Below are positions 16,522-26,589 of a DNA stretch of 27,876 bases, in pieces (within the stretch, counting starts at the first letter, position 1; the number at the start of each line of letters is the position of its first letter). A model generated the notes under the pieces. That model saw nothing but the letters and a program-made list of their open reading frames with translations. It was not told the origin of the DNA and searched no databases. Both the position numbers and the translations under genes were made by a program. This DNA comes from Alphaproteobacteria bacterium (GTDB lineage: Bacteria > Pseudomonadota > Alphaproteobacteria > CAAHEQ01 > UBA3637): contig JAFXFY010000141.1 of assembly GCA_017513365.1 (NCBI GenBank), positions 1-27,876 of the forward strand. Reading direction: 5' to 3'.

Positions 16522-18326
16522 TATTTATCATCTCCGATTTTTAAAGCATTAATAAAGGCTGTTTGTGGAATTTCTACATTACCGAATTGACGCATACGGC
16601 GTTTCCCTTCTTTTTGTTTTTCCAACAATTTGCGTTTACGAGTAATATCACCGCCATAACATTTAGCCGTCACATCCTTACGGAAAGCGGAAATATCTTC
16701 ACGGGCAATAATTTTACCGCCGATACTGGCTTGAATTGGGATTTTAAATTGATGTCTGGGGATGAGGTCTTTTAATCGTTCACAAATTTGACGGCCTCGG
16801 CGTTCGGCTTGACTGCGGTGTGCCAAGAATGCCAAAGCATCAACCGGTTCTCCGTGTACCATAATGGTAACACGAACTAAGTCACTGGCTTCATATCCGA
16901 CGACATCATAATCAAAGCTGGCATATCCACGAGAAATGGATTTTAATCGGTCATAAAAATCGAATACAATTTCATTAAGCGGTAAATGGTACACAACCAT
17001 AGCCCGATTGCCGACATAAGTTAATTCTTTTTGAACACCACGGCGTTCTGTACATAACTGTAAAATACCGCCTAAATACTCATCCGGTATCATGATGGTC
17101 GCCTTAACCCAAGGTTCTTCAATCGTTTTGATACTGGTAACATCCGGCATATCGGCAGGGTTATGCAATTCCACCATTGTCCCGTTCGTTAAATGCATTT
17201 TATAGGCCACAGACGGTGCCGTTGTAATCAAATCCAAATTAAATTCTCGGGACAGTCGTTCTTGGATAATTTCCATGTGAAGTAATCCCAAAAATCCGCA
17301 ACGGAAACCCTGTCCAAGCGCCATGGACTTATCGGGTGTAAACACGAAGCTGGCATCATTGAGTTGCAATTTGGCGAGTGCCTCTTTTAATGCTTCATAA
17401 TCACTGGCATCAACCGGGAATAACGAACAAAACACCACAGGTAAACTCGGTTTAAAGCCTGGTAATGGTTCGGCTGTCGGTTTTTTTGCGTCTGTTAAGG
17501 TATCTCCAACTTTTGTTTCGCCAATGGATTTAATGTTGGCGATAATAAAGCCCAGTTCGCCGGCTTTTAATTCATTTGTATCCACCATTTTAGGGGTAAA
17601 ATAACCGACACGGTCAATTTTGTGTGTTGTGCCGGCACGCATCATACGCATTTCCATACCTTTTTTCAAAACGCCGTCCATAATGCGAACTAAAACGATA
17701 ATGCCTAAATATGGATCAAACCAAGAATCCACCAACATGGCTTTCAGCGGAGCATTGACATCACCGGTTGGTGCTGGCAAGCGATTAACGATTGTTTCCA
17801 GTACCTCATCAATACCGATACCGGTTTTAGCGGAAATAAGTGGAGAATCCGACGCATCAATACCAATCACATCTTCAATTTGAGCCTTAACTCTGTCCGG
17901 TTCTGCGGCAGGTAAATCAATTTTGTTGATGACAGGGACAATTTCATGATCGGCTTCTAGAGCTTTATACACATTCGCCAATGTTTGAGCCTCAACCCCT
18001 TGTGAGGCATCTACAACCAATAATGACCCTTCACAAGCGGCTAAAGATCGGCTGACTTCGTATCCAAAGTCCACATGCCCCGGCGTGTCAATTAAATTGA
18101 GAATATAATCTTGTCCATCTTTTGCATGGTAATTCAACCGAACGGTTTGGGCTTTAATCGTAATGCCTCGTTCCCGTTCAATATCCATATTATCAAGCAG
18201 TTGTTCTTTCATTTCACGATCTGTAATGGCACCACACAGTTGAATTAAGCGGTCTGCGAGTGTGGATTTACCGTGGTCAATATGTGCCACGATTGAAAAA
18301 TTACGAATGTGGTTTAAATCTGTCAT
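16521..18326 (-). CDS. lepA: Elongation factor 4
   Basis: [59 protein letters not shown]. Confidence 0.98.
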   Translation of the reverse strand: MTDLNHIRNFSIVAHIDHGKSTLADRLIQLCGAITDREMKEQLLDNMDIERERGITIKAQTVRLNYHAKDGQDYILNLIDTPGHVDFGYEVSRSLAACEGSLLVVDASQGVEAQTLANVYKALEADHEIVPVINKIDLPAAEPDRVKAQIEDVIGIDASDSPLISAKTGIGIDEVLETIVNRLPAPTGDVNAPLKAMLVDSWFDPYLGIIVLVRIMDGVLKKGMEMRMMRAGTTHKIDRVGYFTPKMVDTNELKAGELGFIIANIKSIGETKVGDTLTDAKKPTAEPLPGFKPSLPVVFCSLFPVDASDYEALKEALAKLQLNDASFVFTPDKSMALGQGFRCGFLGLLHMEIIQERLSREFNLDLITTAPSVAYKMHLTNGTMVELHNPADMPDVTSIKTIEEPWVKATIMIPDEYLGGILQLCTERRGVQKELTYVGNRAMVVYHLPLNEIVFDFYDRLKSISRGYASFDYDVVGYEASDLVRVTIMVHGEPVDALAFLAHRSQAERRGRQICERLKDLIPRHQFKIPIQASIGGKIIAREDISAFRKDVTAKCYGGDITRKRKLLEKQKEGKRRMRQFGNVEIPQTAFINALKIGDDK

Positions 18327-18356
18327 GCTTATTCCTTATGCTTTATTTTTGGGCGT

Positions 18357-18385
18357 ATCATACATGAAATATATAAAAAAATCAA
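18357..18385 (-). promoter_or_regulatory. lepA operon promoter
   Basis: Minus strand TTGATT-17-TATGAT. Confidence 0.6.
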
Positions 18386-18422
18386 GTGTTGATTAAAAAA
18401 TGCTTGTAAGGCATAAAAAAGA

Positions 18423-18451
18423 TTGCAAAAGACAAAAAAAATAGGTATGAT
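18423..18451 (+). promoter_or_regulatory. ybaB promoter
   Basis: TTGCAA-17-TATGAT. Confidence 0.6.
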
Positions 18452-18485
18452 ACCGCTATCTTCAATCAAACATAAGGAGTATATA

Positions 18486-18809
18486 ATGAAGAATATTGGT
18501 GAATTAATGAAAAAAGCACAACAAGTGCAAACTCAAATGGCCGCTTTGCAAACAAAAATGGAACATTTGGAATTTACAGGCGAATCTGCTTCCGGTGCCG
18601 TTAAAATTACAATGACCGGTAAAGGTGTTGCCACATCTGTTAAATTAAATCCGTCCGTTGTGGATAAAGATGATGTTGAAACATTGGAAGATTTATTGTT
18701 GGTCGCTATTAATGATTCTAAAGGTAAATCCGAAGACTTTTTAAATTCTGAAATGGAAAAAATGCAAGCGTCCTTGGGCCTTCCAAAAGATTTCAAAATG
18801 CCCTTTTAA
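18486..18809 (+). CDS. ybaB: YbaB/EbfC nucleoid-associated protein
   Basis: Start reassigned to ATG 18486 (SD TAAGGAG). LMKKAQQVQ...GESASGAVKITMTG...DDVETLEDLL; upstream of recR. Confidence 0.92.
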   Translation: MKNIGELMKKAQQVQTQMAALQTKMEHLEFTGESASGAVKITMTGKGVATSVKLNPSVVDKDDVETLEDLLLVAINDSKGKSEDFLNSEMEKMQASLGLPKDFKMPF

Positions 18810-18822
18810 AAATCCGTTTTAA

Positions 18823-19056
18823 AGGGTAATTAACGGCGGGGATAACTCGCTTATGTATGTTAAAATACATGTCGCTTGTTATTCCCTTGTTTCTTTCCTC
18901 TTTAAAACGAATTTTTTCCTCTTTTTTTAGGAAAAGTACATAGGGTAATTAACGGCGGGGATAACTCGCTTATGTATGTCAATACATGTCGCTTGTTATT
19001 CCCTTGTTTCTTTCCTCTTTAAAACGAATTTTTGCTTTTTTTGAGAAAGAGTATAT
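18823..19056 (+). repeat. Tandem duplication (119 + 115 bp) of a hairpin-containing unit
   Basis: 18823-18916 and 18942-19033 are identical except for one substitution and a 2-nt indel in the hairpin loop; the tails are partly similar. Confidence 0.92.
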
Positions 19057-19089
19057 AGGGCAAAAAAGCCCTTTTTTTTAAGGATAACA

Positions 19090-19683
19090 ATGTCATCATC
19101 AGAAATTGAACAAGCTATTGCTTTATTATCTAAGTTGCCAACTTTGGGACCTCGGTCAGCCAGACGGGCGATTTTATTTTTGCTGACAAAAAAACAGACG
19201 CATTTTGCACCATTGATTGATGCACTTAAAAATGTACACGATAACATCAAAACGTGTCCGGAATGTGGCAATATGGATACGGCTCAGCCTTGTGCAATTT
19301 GTTCTGATACTTCGCGTCAAAAATCGCTGGTGTGCGTGGTGCAAGATGTGGCTGATTTATGGGCATTGGAACGGGCAGGTGCTTTTAAAGGCGTTTATCA
19401 TGTTTTAGGCGGTGTTTTGTCTGCTTTAGATGGTATTGGTCCGGATGAGTTAGAGATTGATTCGTTGGTTCGCAAAGTTGAAACCGGAGCTGTATCCGAA
19501 GTGATTTTGGCTTTGCCTGCAACGGTTGAAGGTCAAACGACAGCCCATTACATTTCTGACAGATTGGCTGATAGTGATGTCAAAATTTCGGCATTATCCC
19601 GTGGCGTGCCGGTCGGAGGTGAGTTGGATTATCTGGATGATGGTACATTACAAATGGCCTTTAAGGCTCGCCGAGAAGTTTAA
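19090..19683 (+). CDS. recR: Recombination mediator RecR
   Basis: LPTLGPRSARR, C4 zinc finger CPEC...CAIC, YHVLGGVLS.LDG, EGQTTAHY, GGELDYLD. Confidence 0.96.
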   Translation: MSSSEIEQAIALLSKLPTLGPRSARRAILFLLTKKQTHFAPLIDALKNVHDNIKTCPECGNMDTAQPCAICSDTSRQKSLVCVVQDVADLWALERAGAFKGVYHVLGGVLSALDGIGPDELEIDSLVRKVETGAVSEVILALPATVEGQTTAHYISDRLADSDVKISALSRGVPVGGELDYLDDGTLQMAFKARREV

Positions 19684-19767
19684 AACTTTTTATAAATGAT
19701 TTTGTTTTTTTCTTGCACTTTAATCAAAAATATGTTAATCTTTTGAAAGAATAATTCAGGAGTCTTT

Positions 19768-19956
19768 ATGGAACGGTTGAAAAGTGCGTTAAATGCTTTG
19801 GAAGGTTCTGTCATTAAGTTGGAGGCGGCCATTCATCAAGCAAAGAAAAAACAAATAAATGCCGATGAAAAAATAGCAGAGCTGAAAACTGTGATAAAAA
19901 CGACTTATGAACGTTTGGATAAGGCGGTGTCCGATTATAAAAAAGGGGGCGTGTAA
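19768..19956 (+). CDS. Small coiled-coil protein upstream of zapA (ZauP/DUF4164/ZapB-like)
   Basis: 62-aa heptad coiled coil; SD AGGAG; stop overlaps the zapA start, the typical alphaproteobacterial arrangement. Confidence 0.7.
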   Translation: MERLKSALNALEGSVIKLEAAIHQAKKKQINADEKIAELKTVIKTTYERLDKAVSDYKKGGV

Positions 19957-20273
19957 TGGCTATTGTTTCCTTAAAAATCGGTGGTCGTTTTTATAAATTT
20001 TCCTGTAATGATGGGCAAGAAGCTCATATGCGAGAACTGGCCGATGGGTTGGATAAAAAGGCTGAACAACTTTTGAAAAGTATCGGTTTTATGCAAGAGG
20101 GGCAATTGCTGGCGATGATATGCTTGTTGCTTGCCGAAGAAAAGGCTCAATTGCAAAAGAATGTTGAAAATGTCAATGGTATTTCGACTGAAACGCAAGA
20201 TGAATTGGTCAGAGCAATAACGAATTTGGCCGTCAAAATTGATGTGTTGGCCGATGGCTTAGAACAAAAATAG
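19956..20273 (+). CDS. zapA: Cell division protein ZapA
   Basis: VSLKIGGRFYKFSCNDGQEAHMRELA..LD...LLAMICLLLAEE plus a coiled-coil tail. Confidence 0.9.
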   Translation: MAIVSLKIGGRFYKFSCNDGQEAHMRELADGLDKKAEQLLKSIGFMQEGQLLAMICLLLAEEKAQLQKNVENVNGISTETQDELVRAITNLAVKIDVLADGLEQK

Positions 20274-20280
20274 GTTTTTT

Positions 20281-21087
20281 ATGAAAATATTGTTTTGTGG
20301 TGATGTGGTGGGTAAATCCGGCCGAAAAATGGTTTTAAACTTAGTACCGGCTTTGCGAGAAAAAATGAATTTAGATGCCGTTATTGTGAATGGTGAAAAT
20401 GCCGCTCATGGATTTGGATTAACGCCGAAAATGTATGACGAGTTTTTGGCTCATGGGGCTGATGTGATTACACTTGGCAATCATTCGTTTGATAAAAAGG
20501 AAATTTTTACCATTTTGGATTCGGCCGATTCGTTGGTTAGACCACTCAATTATCCGGATGGAACAGCGGGTTTCGGATATTGCATTAAACGTTTGGTAAA
20601 CGGAAAACGTTTGGCTGTAGTACAGTTGGTTGGCAAATTGTTTATGCGTCAATATAATGATCCGTTTGAAACAATGGATAAATGGATAGAGGCTCATCGG
20701 GGTGAATACGATATTTTGGTGGTTGATTATCATGCCGAAGCCACGGCCGAAAAAGTCGCATTCGGATGGAAAATGAATGGGATTGCCACATTGGTGGTTG
20801 GGACACATACCCACATCCCGACGGCGGACGCTCATGTACTGGATGGGGGCACAGCCTATATGACGGATGTCGGTATGTGTGGCGATTATGCCTCGGTGAT
20901 TGGTCAACAGATTGATTGTTCGCTCAGCCGTTTTAAAGTGGGGGAAAAAATGAAGCGCTTAGAGCCAGCTGAAAAAGAGGGGACTTTTTGTGGTGTCGTG
21001 GTTGAAATTGATGATCAAACGCATAAAGCCACGAAAGTTTTTCCCGTTCGTATTGGTGCCCATCTTGAAAATACACACGAAATATGA
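20281..21087 (+). CDS. ymdB: YmdB/TIGR00282 metallophosphoesterase
   Basis: GDVVG, NGEN, TLGNH, DYHAEATAEK, GTHTH, TDVGMCG. Confidence 0.93.
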   Translation: MKILFCGDVVGKSGRKMVLNLVPALREKMNLDAVIVNGENAAHGFGLTPKMYDEFLAHGADVITLGNHSFDKKEIFTILDSADSLVRPLNYPDGTAGFGYCIKRLVNGKRLAVVQLVGKLFMRQYNDPFETMDKWIEAHRGEYDILVVDYHAEATAEKVAFGWKMNGIATLVVGTHTHIPTADAHVLDGGTAYMTDVGMCGDYASVIGQQIDCSLSRFKVGEKMKRLEPAEKEGTFCGVVVEIDDQTHKATKVFPVRIGAHLENTHEI

Positions 21088-21129
21088 TATAAGGTAAAAT
21101 TATTTTAAGTTAAAGAAAGGAAAATTATT

Positions 21130-21885
21130 ATGGCAGGACATTCACAGTTTAAAAACATTATGTATCGTAAAGGGGCTCAAGATAAGCTCCGTGCAAAGGT
21201 ATTTTCAAAATTGGCCCGGGAAATTACGGTGGCTGTTAAAACAGGGGGCGGACCAGATATGTCTTCTAACCCTCGTTTGCGCTTAGCCATTCAAAATGCT
21301 CGCAGTGAAAATATGCCGAAAGACAATATTGAACGGGCGATTGCTAAGGGGTCTCAAGCCAATGATACCAGCAACTATGAAGAAGTGCGCTATGAAGGAT
21401 TTGGCCCCGGTAAAGTATCCGTGATTGTGGAGGCTTTAACGGATAATCGTGCCAGAACGGCGCCGGCGGTACGCTCGGCTTTTTCTAAAAACGGTGGCAA
21501 TATGGGTGAAACAGGATCCGTTACATTTAACTTTGAAAAAATCGGATATATTGAATATCCTTTGGCTGTTGCCACGGCTGATGCTATGTTTGAAACGGCA
21601 TTGGAGGCTGGTGCCAATGATGTGGAAACAACCGAAGACAAACACTTAATCACTTGCATTCCGGAAGATTTGGCAGCCGTTCGTGAGGCATTGGAAGCCA
21701 AACTCGGCACTCCAAATGTGGCCAGATTTGATTGGAAACCGCTTGTTGAAACGGATATTACGGATTTGGAAACAGCACAAAAACTCATGAAATTCATTGA
21801 TGTATTAAATGAAGATGATGACGTGCAGCGTGTGATTACCAATGCCAATATTTCTGATGAGATTTTGGCTCAATTGGAAGGCTAA
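21130..21885 (+). CDS. yebC: YebC/PmpR family protein
   Basis: MAGHSQFKNIMYRKGAQD, NPRLRLA, YEGFGPG, EALTDN, DDVQRV. Confidence 0.96.
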   Translation: MAGHSQFKNIMYRKGAQDKLRAKVFSKLAREITVAVKTGGGPDMSSNPRLRLAIQNARSENMPKDNIERAIAKGSQANDTSNYEEVRYEGFGPGKVSVIVEALTDNRARTAPAVRSAFSKNGGNMGETGSVTFNFEKIGYIEYPLAVATADAMFETALEAGANDVETTEDKHLITCIPEDLAAVREALEAKLGTPNVARFDWKPLVETDITDLETAQKLMKFIDVLNEDDDVQRVITNANISDEILAQLEG

Positions 21886-21888
21886 CAC

Positions 21889-22377
21889 ATGCCCGTCCGT
21901 ATTTTAGGATTAGACCCCGGCCTGCGTCATACAGGCTGGGGTATTATTGATAAAGAGGGCAGTAAACTTAAATTCGTGGCGGCCGGTGTTGTGAATCCCG
22001 ATACGACATTGGATTTAGCCGACAGATTAGCTGAACTACACGGATGTTTGCGTAAAATTATTACGCAGTGGTGTCCGGATGAGGCTGCTGTGGAAGAAAC
22101 ATTCGTGAATAAAAATCCGACTTCTACCTTGAAATTGGGCCAAGCCAGAGGCGTTGTCCTGTTGGCACCGGCGATACATGGCATAAAAGTGGCCGAATAC
22201 ACGCCAAACCAAATTAAAAAAATGGTCGTAGGAGCGGGTCATGCCGAAAAATCTCAGGTGGATTTAATGGTGCATACACTGCTGAAAGATGTACCGGATA
22301 AAATGCCCCCCGATGCCTCGGATGCTTTAGCAATCGCGCTGTGTCATTCCTTTATGCGTCCGATTATTAAAATATAA
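21889..22377 (+). CDS. ruvC: Holliday junction resolvase RuvC
   Basis: ILGLDPG, EETF, LGQARG, DASDALAIA. Confidence 0.96.
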   Translation: MPVRILGLDPGLRHTGWGIIDKEGSKLKFVAAGVVNPDTTLDLADRLAELHGCLRKIITQWCPDEAAVEETFVNKNPTSTLKLGQARGVVLLAPAIHGIKVAEYTPNQIKKMVVGAGHAEKSQVDLMVHTLLKDVPDKMPPDASDALAIALCHSFMRPIIKI

Positions 22378-22423
22378 GAAGGGGTGTTTTGTTTCTTTTA
22401 TTACGTAAATATATTAAAAAGTA

Positions 22424-22452
22424 TTGACAAAATTTTAAAAAAAGAATATAAT
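22424..22452 (+). promoter_or_regulatory. Perfect-consensus sigma70 promoter
   Basis: TTGACA-17-TATAAT. Confidence 0.8.
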
Positions 22453-22482
22453 GCCTATTATTTATCAAAAAAGGAGTATTTA

Positions 22483-23358
22483 ATGTTTGTATCAAAAGAG
22501 GTTTCTGACGCCCATAAAAAATTTCTTATGCAACGGGGAGATGAATTTGATTCAAAAAATCCGTTTTCTAAAATTTTAAGAGGTGAACTGGAAACGGAAA
22601 TTGTTGATGAAAATCCATATGCTGTTGTTATTAAAAACAACGTTCCTCGTACGAGTACGTATAATTTGGTCTTGCCGGTGTATCCGGCGAAAGATGTCAT
22701 TGATTTTGCATCAAATGCTCCCAAAGAGTACGTGTTGGGGTATCAAATGGCAATCGAAAAAGCGGTACAGGAAATTTATGCTGAATATCATTCAAAAAAA
22801 AGCCATTTGTACTCTTCTTGTGCCAGAGTTATTTTTAATATTGGACCGTATTCTCAAAATTCAGTGCCATATTTGCATGCTCATGTTATGGGAGATAAGG
22901 ATTTGGTCGGAGCACGTCAATTGACGTTGTCGCAAAAACGTTCGGATGAACTAAAGGCGCGGTGTTGTGATCAATCAATTGATAAGGTTGAAGAAAAAGT
23001 GTTATTGGATGAGATTGAAAAAACACGAGAAGTCCAAAATCGGGATGCGGAAAAGATTAGACTGTTGAAAGATGGTCAAGTTTTGGGATGGAAGGAAAGT
23101 TCTTATCTGGATAAATACTCTCAACGGGGGCGGAAAGGATATTGGGCAGATTTTGTTTGCTTTTTATATGCATGTGGAATTGTTGGCAGAAAGGCGGAAT
23201 ATGAACAAGGAAAATGGGGCGGCCGTGCTGTTATAGATGTATATTCTGATGGCTATATTATTGCGCATGCGGCAGGAGGGTGTGTATTGCAAAAACTGCC
23301 GTTGATTCCGTTGACAAGAAAACAGTTGGCAGAACACTATCAAAATAACCGTTCATAA
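22483..23358 (+). CDS. Divergent HIT-fold protein, extended
   Basis: Start reassigned to ATG 22483 (SD AAGGAG). [10 protein letters not shown]...NLVLP...RVIFNIG...[13 protein letters not shown] resembles HinT-type proteins; the HxHxH triad reads YLHAH. Confidence 0.65.
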   Translation: MFVSKEVSDAHKKFLMQRGDEFDSKNPFSKILRGELETEIVDENPYAVVIKNNVPRTSTYNLVLPVYPAKDVIDFASNAPKEYVLGYQMAIEKAVQEIYAEYHSKKSHLYSSCARVIFNIGPYSQNSVPYLHAHVMGDKDLVGARQLTLSQKRSDELKARCCDQSIDKVEEKVLLDEIEKTREVQNRDAEKIRLLKDGQVLGWKESSYLDKYSQRGRKGYWADFVCFLYACGIVGRKAEYEQGKWGGRAVIDVYSDGYIIAHAAGGCVLQKLPLIPLTRKQLAEHYQNNRS

Positions 23359-23388
23359 ATAAAAAAAGGTTAGGTTTATTAAAAAAAA

Positions 23389-23414
23389 GGGGAAACAGCG
23401 TGTTTCTCCTTTTT
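23389..23414 (+). terminator. Intrinsic terminator
   Basis: GGGGAAACA-gcg-TGTTTCTCC-TTTTT. Confidence 0.7.
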
Positions 23415-23570
23415 GTATTTTTATGTAATGGGAAAACAGAGTTTGTTTTTTGTAAAAAAGTACTTGCATTTTTTGAAAAAATTGTGTATAAGATAGTCCT
23501 TAATATTAAAAAAGGGATGCTCGGGGTATGGGCAGACCGGTTATCATTTAAAAAGAAAAGAGAGTTTAAA

Positions 23571-23756
23571 ATGGCAGTACCTAAGAAAAAAACATCTAAA
23601 TCTAAAAAGAACATGCGTCGTTCTCATCACGCTTTGGCCGCTAATACAGCCGGTCAATGTCCGAAATGTGGCGAATTGGTTCGTCCGCACCATGTATGTG
23701 AATCTTGCGGTCACTACAATTCTAAAGAAGTGATTGTAAAAGCTGACGCCGAATAA
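23571..23756 (+). CDS. rpmF: 50S ribosomal protein L32 (Zn-binding form)
   Basis: Start reassigned to ATG 23571. [19 protein letters not shown]...CPKC...HHVCESCG. Confidence 0.95.
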   Translation: MAVPKKKTSKSKKNMRRSHHALAANTAGQCPKCGELVRPHHVCESCGHYNSKEVIVKADAE

Positions 23757-23770
23757 GAAAGGGTGGTCTT

Positions 23771-24814
23771 TTGAGCGATACGTTAGTGATATCTGTTGAT
23801 GCGATGGGTGGCGATAATGCTCCTGACGCTATCATTGAAGGGGTGGCAATTGCCGCAAAAAAACATTCAAACGTCTTCTTCTTTTTATACGGAGATGAAG
23901 AACAAATTAAGCCTTTAATTGAAAAGTACGGATTGGCTGACGATCGTTATAAAATTCACCATACAACAGCTGTGGTTAAGGCCGATGATAAGCCGTCTGT
24001 GGCTATTCGTTCCGGCCGTGAAAGCAGCATGTGGAAAGCCATTATGTCCGTGCGTAACGGATATGCTAAGGCGGTTGTTTCTGCTGGCAATACGGGCGCA
24101 TTAATGGCTATGAGTAAGATTTGTCTTGGCACGCTGGCCGGTATTGATCGGCCGGCGATTGCCGCGATTTTGCCGACCCTAAAGGGGCAATGTGTCGCCT
24201 TGGATTTGGGGGCAAATGCTGAGTGTAATTCCCAAAATTTGGTGGAATTTGCCGTGATGGGGCATGTGTTTTACTCCATTATGTTTGGCGCCGAAAAACC
24301 AAGTGTTGGTTTGCTTAATATCGGGTCAGAGGAAACAAAAGGTCGTGAAGAAATTCGTGAGGCTGCATCCGTATTAAAAGGATTCGGCGACAAAATGAAC
24401 TTCCATGGTTTTGTGGAAGGAAACGATATTTGTATCGGTACGACCGAAGTTGTTGTTTCTGATGGTTTTTCCGGTAATGTTGCACTTAAAACCATTGAAG
24501 GAACCGCAAAATTTATTACAACGTCTTTGAAAGATATGATTAAAAAATCCGTTGTGTCTAAATTCGGATTTATGTTGGCCTTGCCGGCACTTAGAAAACT
24601 CAAGAAAAAAATGGATCCTCGTATGTACAATGGAGCTATGTTCTTGGGACTTAATGGCGTGTCGGTTAAAAGTCATGGTGGGGCAGACGCTTTTGCCTTT
24701 TCTCATGCCGTGTCAACAGCTATTAGTTTGGCTCAAAACGATTTGTGCCAGCGTATAAAAAAAGAGTTGGAACATGTGTTGGAATATGCTCCGGCTGATG
24801 AGAGTTCTCGTTAA
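23771..24814 (+). CDS. plsX: Phosphate acyltransferase PlsX
   Basis: DAMGGD, SAGNTGA, DRPAIA, DLGAN, LLNIGSEE.KG, DGFSGN, KSHG; TTG start. Confidence 0.96.
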   Translation: MSDTLVISVDAMGGDNAPDAIIEGVAIAAKKHSNVFFFLYGDEEQIKPLIEKYGLADDRYKIHHTTAVVKADDKPSVAIRSGRESSMWKAIMSVRNGYAKAVVSAGNTGALMAMSKICLGTLAGIDRPAIAAILPTLKGQCVALDLGANAECNSQNLVEFAVMGHVFYSIMFGAEKPSVGLLNIGSEETKGREEIREAASVLKGFGDKMNFHGFVEGNDICIGTTEVVVSDGFSGNVALKTIEGTAKFITTSLKDMIKKSVVSKFGFMLALPALRKLKKKMDPRMYNGAMFLGLNGVSVKSHGGADAFAFSHAVSTAISLAQNDLCQRIKKELEHVLEYAPADESSR

Positions 24815-24841
24815 TAAACCCTAACAAATGCGAGGTGTAAA

Positions 24842-25810
24842 ATGATTAGAGCCGTTATATCGGGAATGGGTGGATATTTACCCGAAAAAGTTTTAACAAA
24901 CTTTGATTTGGAAAAAATGGTTGAAACGACGGATGCTTGGATTCGTGAAAGAACCGGTATTGAGTCTCGTCATATTGCCGGCAGTGGGGAAACAACGGGG
25001 GATTTAGCATTGAAAGCAGCTACTGAGGCTTTGGAAAGTGCCGGTATCACAGGGGCAGATGTGGATATGATTGTGTTTGCTACAACGACTCCAGATGAAA
25101 CATTTCCGGCAACGGCTACGAAATTGCAAGCGGCTATCGGGGCTAAGGGATTTGCTTTTGATATTCAAGCGGCTTGTTCCGGATTTATGTATGCCTTATC
25201 TGTTGCCAATCATTTTATTACAGCCGGAACGGTTAAAAATGCTTTGGTGATTGGTGCGGAAACTTTATCCAGAATTGTGGATTGGTCTGACAGAAATACG
25301 TGTGTGTTATTCGGTGATGGAGCAGGGGCAGTTTTGTTGACGGCTGAAGAAGCTCAAGGTACGATAGCAGATAGTGGTGTATTGAATGTGATTTTACACT
25401 CTGATGGAAATGTGCGTGATATGTTGAAATCTTCTGGAGGTGTCTCTGCAACTAAAACAGTTGGAACGATTATGATGGAAGGGCGTGAAGTATTCCGTCA
25501 TGCCGTAACAAATTTGGCTGATGTCGCCAGTGAAGTATTGAATACAGCTGGTTTAACGAATGCCGATATTGATTATTTGGTACCACACCAAGCCAATATT
25601 CGTATTATTGAAGGAACGGCTAAAAAATTGAATTTACCTATGGATAGAGTGATTGTAACGTTGCCCGAACATGGGAATACGTCATCGGCTTCTATTCCGC
25701 TTGCTTTATATGCCGGTGTGAAAAGTGGGAAACTTAAAAAAGGTGATTTATTATTGTTGGAATCTATGGGCGCAGGGTTAACTTGGGCCGGTGGTTTAAT
25801 CCGTTTGTAA
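24842..25810 (+). CDS. fabH: 3-oxoacyl-ACP synthase III
   Basis: AACSGF (Cys), FGDGAGA, PHQAN (His), GNTSSAS (Asn), GAGLTW. Confidence 0.97.
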   Translation: MIRAVISGMGGYLPEKVLTNFDLEKMVETTDAWIRERTGIESRHIAGSGETTGDLALKAATEALESAGITGADVDMIVFATTTPDETFPATATKLQAAIGAKGFAFDIQAACSGFMYALSVANHFITAGTVKNALVIGAETLSRIVDWSDRNTCVLFGDGAGAVLLTAEEAQGTIADSGVLNVILHSDGNVRDMLKSSGGVSATKTVGTIMMEGREVFRHAVTNLADVASEVLNTAGLTNADIDYLVPHQANIRIIEGTAKKLNLPMDRVIVTLPEHGNTSSASIPLALYAGVKSGKLKKGDLLLLESMGAGLTWAGGLIRL

Positions 25811-25911
25811 AATAAAAATGCTTAAAATAAAAAAAAGACTTGCAACTTTTTTTGTTTTATGGCAAAGTGATAAATATAAAATAACTAATTATAAAAAAAG
25901 AGGAAAATAAA

Positions 25912-26202
25912 ATGACAGCTAAAACAATTACCCGTGCAGACATTGCCGAAGCTATCTATCGTGATTTGGGCTTTTCTCATTCCGAATCATTTAAGTTCAT
26001 TGAACAAATCATTCAACATACCATTACGGCTTTGGCAAATGGTGAAGAGGTGAAAATTGCTAAATTTGCTACATTTACACCACATGCAAAGCACCAACGT
26101 ATCGGTCGTAATCCGAAAACAGGTGAAACACATCCGATTTGTTCCAGAACAGTTGTGTCTTTTAAGGCCTCTAATTCCTTGAAAGGTGTTTTAGCCGACT
26201 AA
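25912..26202 (+). CDS. ihfA: Integration host factor alpha
   Basis: TITRADIAEA, RIGRNPKTGE, RTVVSFKAS; fabH-ihfA-merR synteny. Confidence 0.9.
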   Translation: MTAKTITRADIAEAIYRDLGFSHSESFKFIEQIIQHTITALANGEEVKIAKFATFTPHAKHQRIGRNPKTGETHPICSRTVVSFKASNSLKGVLAD

Positions 26203-26217
26203 ATTTAGGAGAGACCC

Positions 26218-26562
26218 ATGATGAAAGCCGACAGTGCGTATCGTACGATAACGGAAGTGGCGGATTTATTACAAGTTCAAGCTTCGGTGCTGCGGTTTTG
26301 GGAAACTCAATTTTATCAAATAAAGCCAATAAAACGCATGGGCGGTCGCCGTTATTATCGGGCCGAAGATGTTGTTTTGTTGGCTCAAATTCGTGATTAT
26401 CTGTATAAAGAGGGGCTGACGATTAAGGGGGTTCAAAAACGCTTAAAGCAAGATGGCTCTCAAGATATGGATACACCTATGTTGGGCAAAGATATGCAAT
26501 CTGAAGATGCCTTTGTTCAAGAAGTTATAGATATTAAAAGTTATTTATCGGATTATCTTTAG
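26218..26562 (+). CDS. MerR-family HTH regulator (conserved downstream of ihfA)
   Basis: AYRTITEVA...[23 protein letters not shown]...GLTIKGVQ. Confidence 0.92.
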   Translation: MMKADSAYRTITEVADLLQVQASVLRFWETQFYQIKPIKRMGGRRYYRAEDVVLLAQIRDYLYKEGLTIKGVQKRLKQDGSQDMDTPMLGKDMQSEDAFVQEVIDIKSYLSDYL

Positions 26563-26589
26563 TATCCCCTAAATAGAGATGGAGGATAT

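Noticed and set aside
18823-19056. CRISPR array, SRP RNA (ffs) or type I toxin-antitoxin array
   Set aside because: There are only two long units with no spacers, the SRP core CAGGTCCGGAAGGAAGCAGC is absent, and the internal small ORFs are not conserved in frame between copies.
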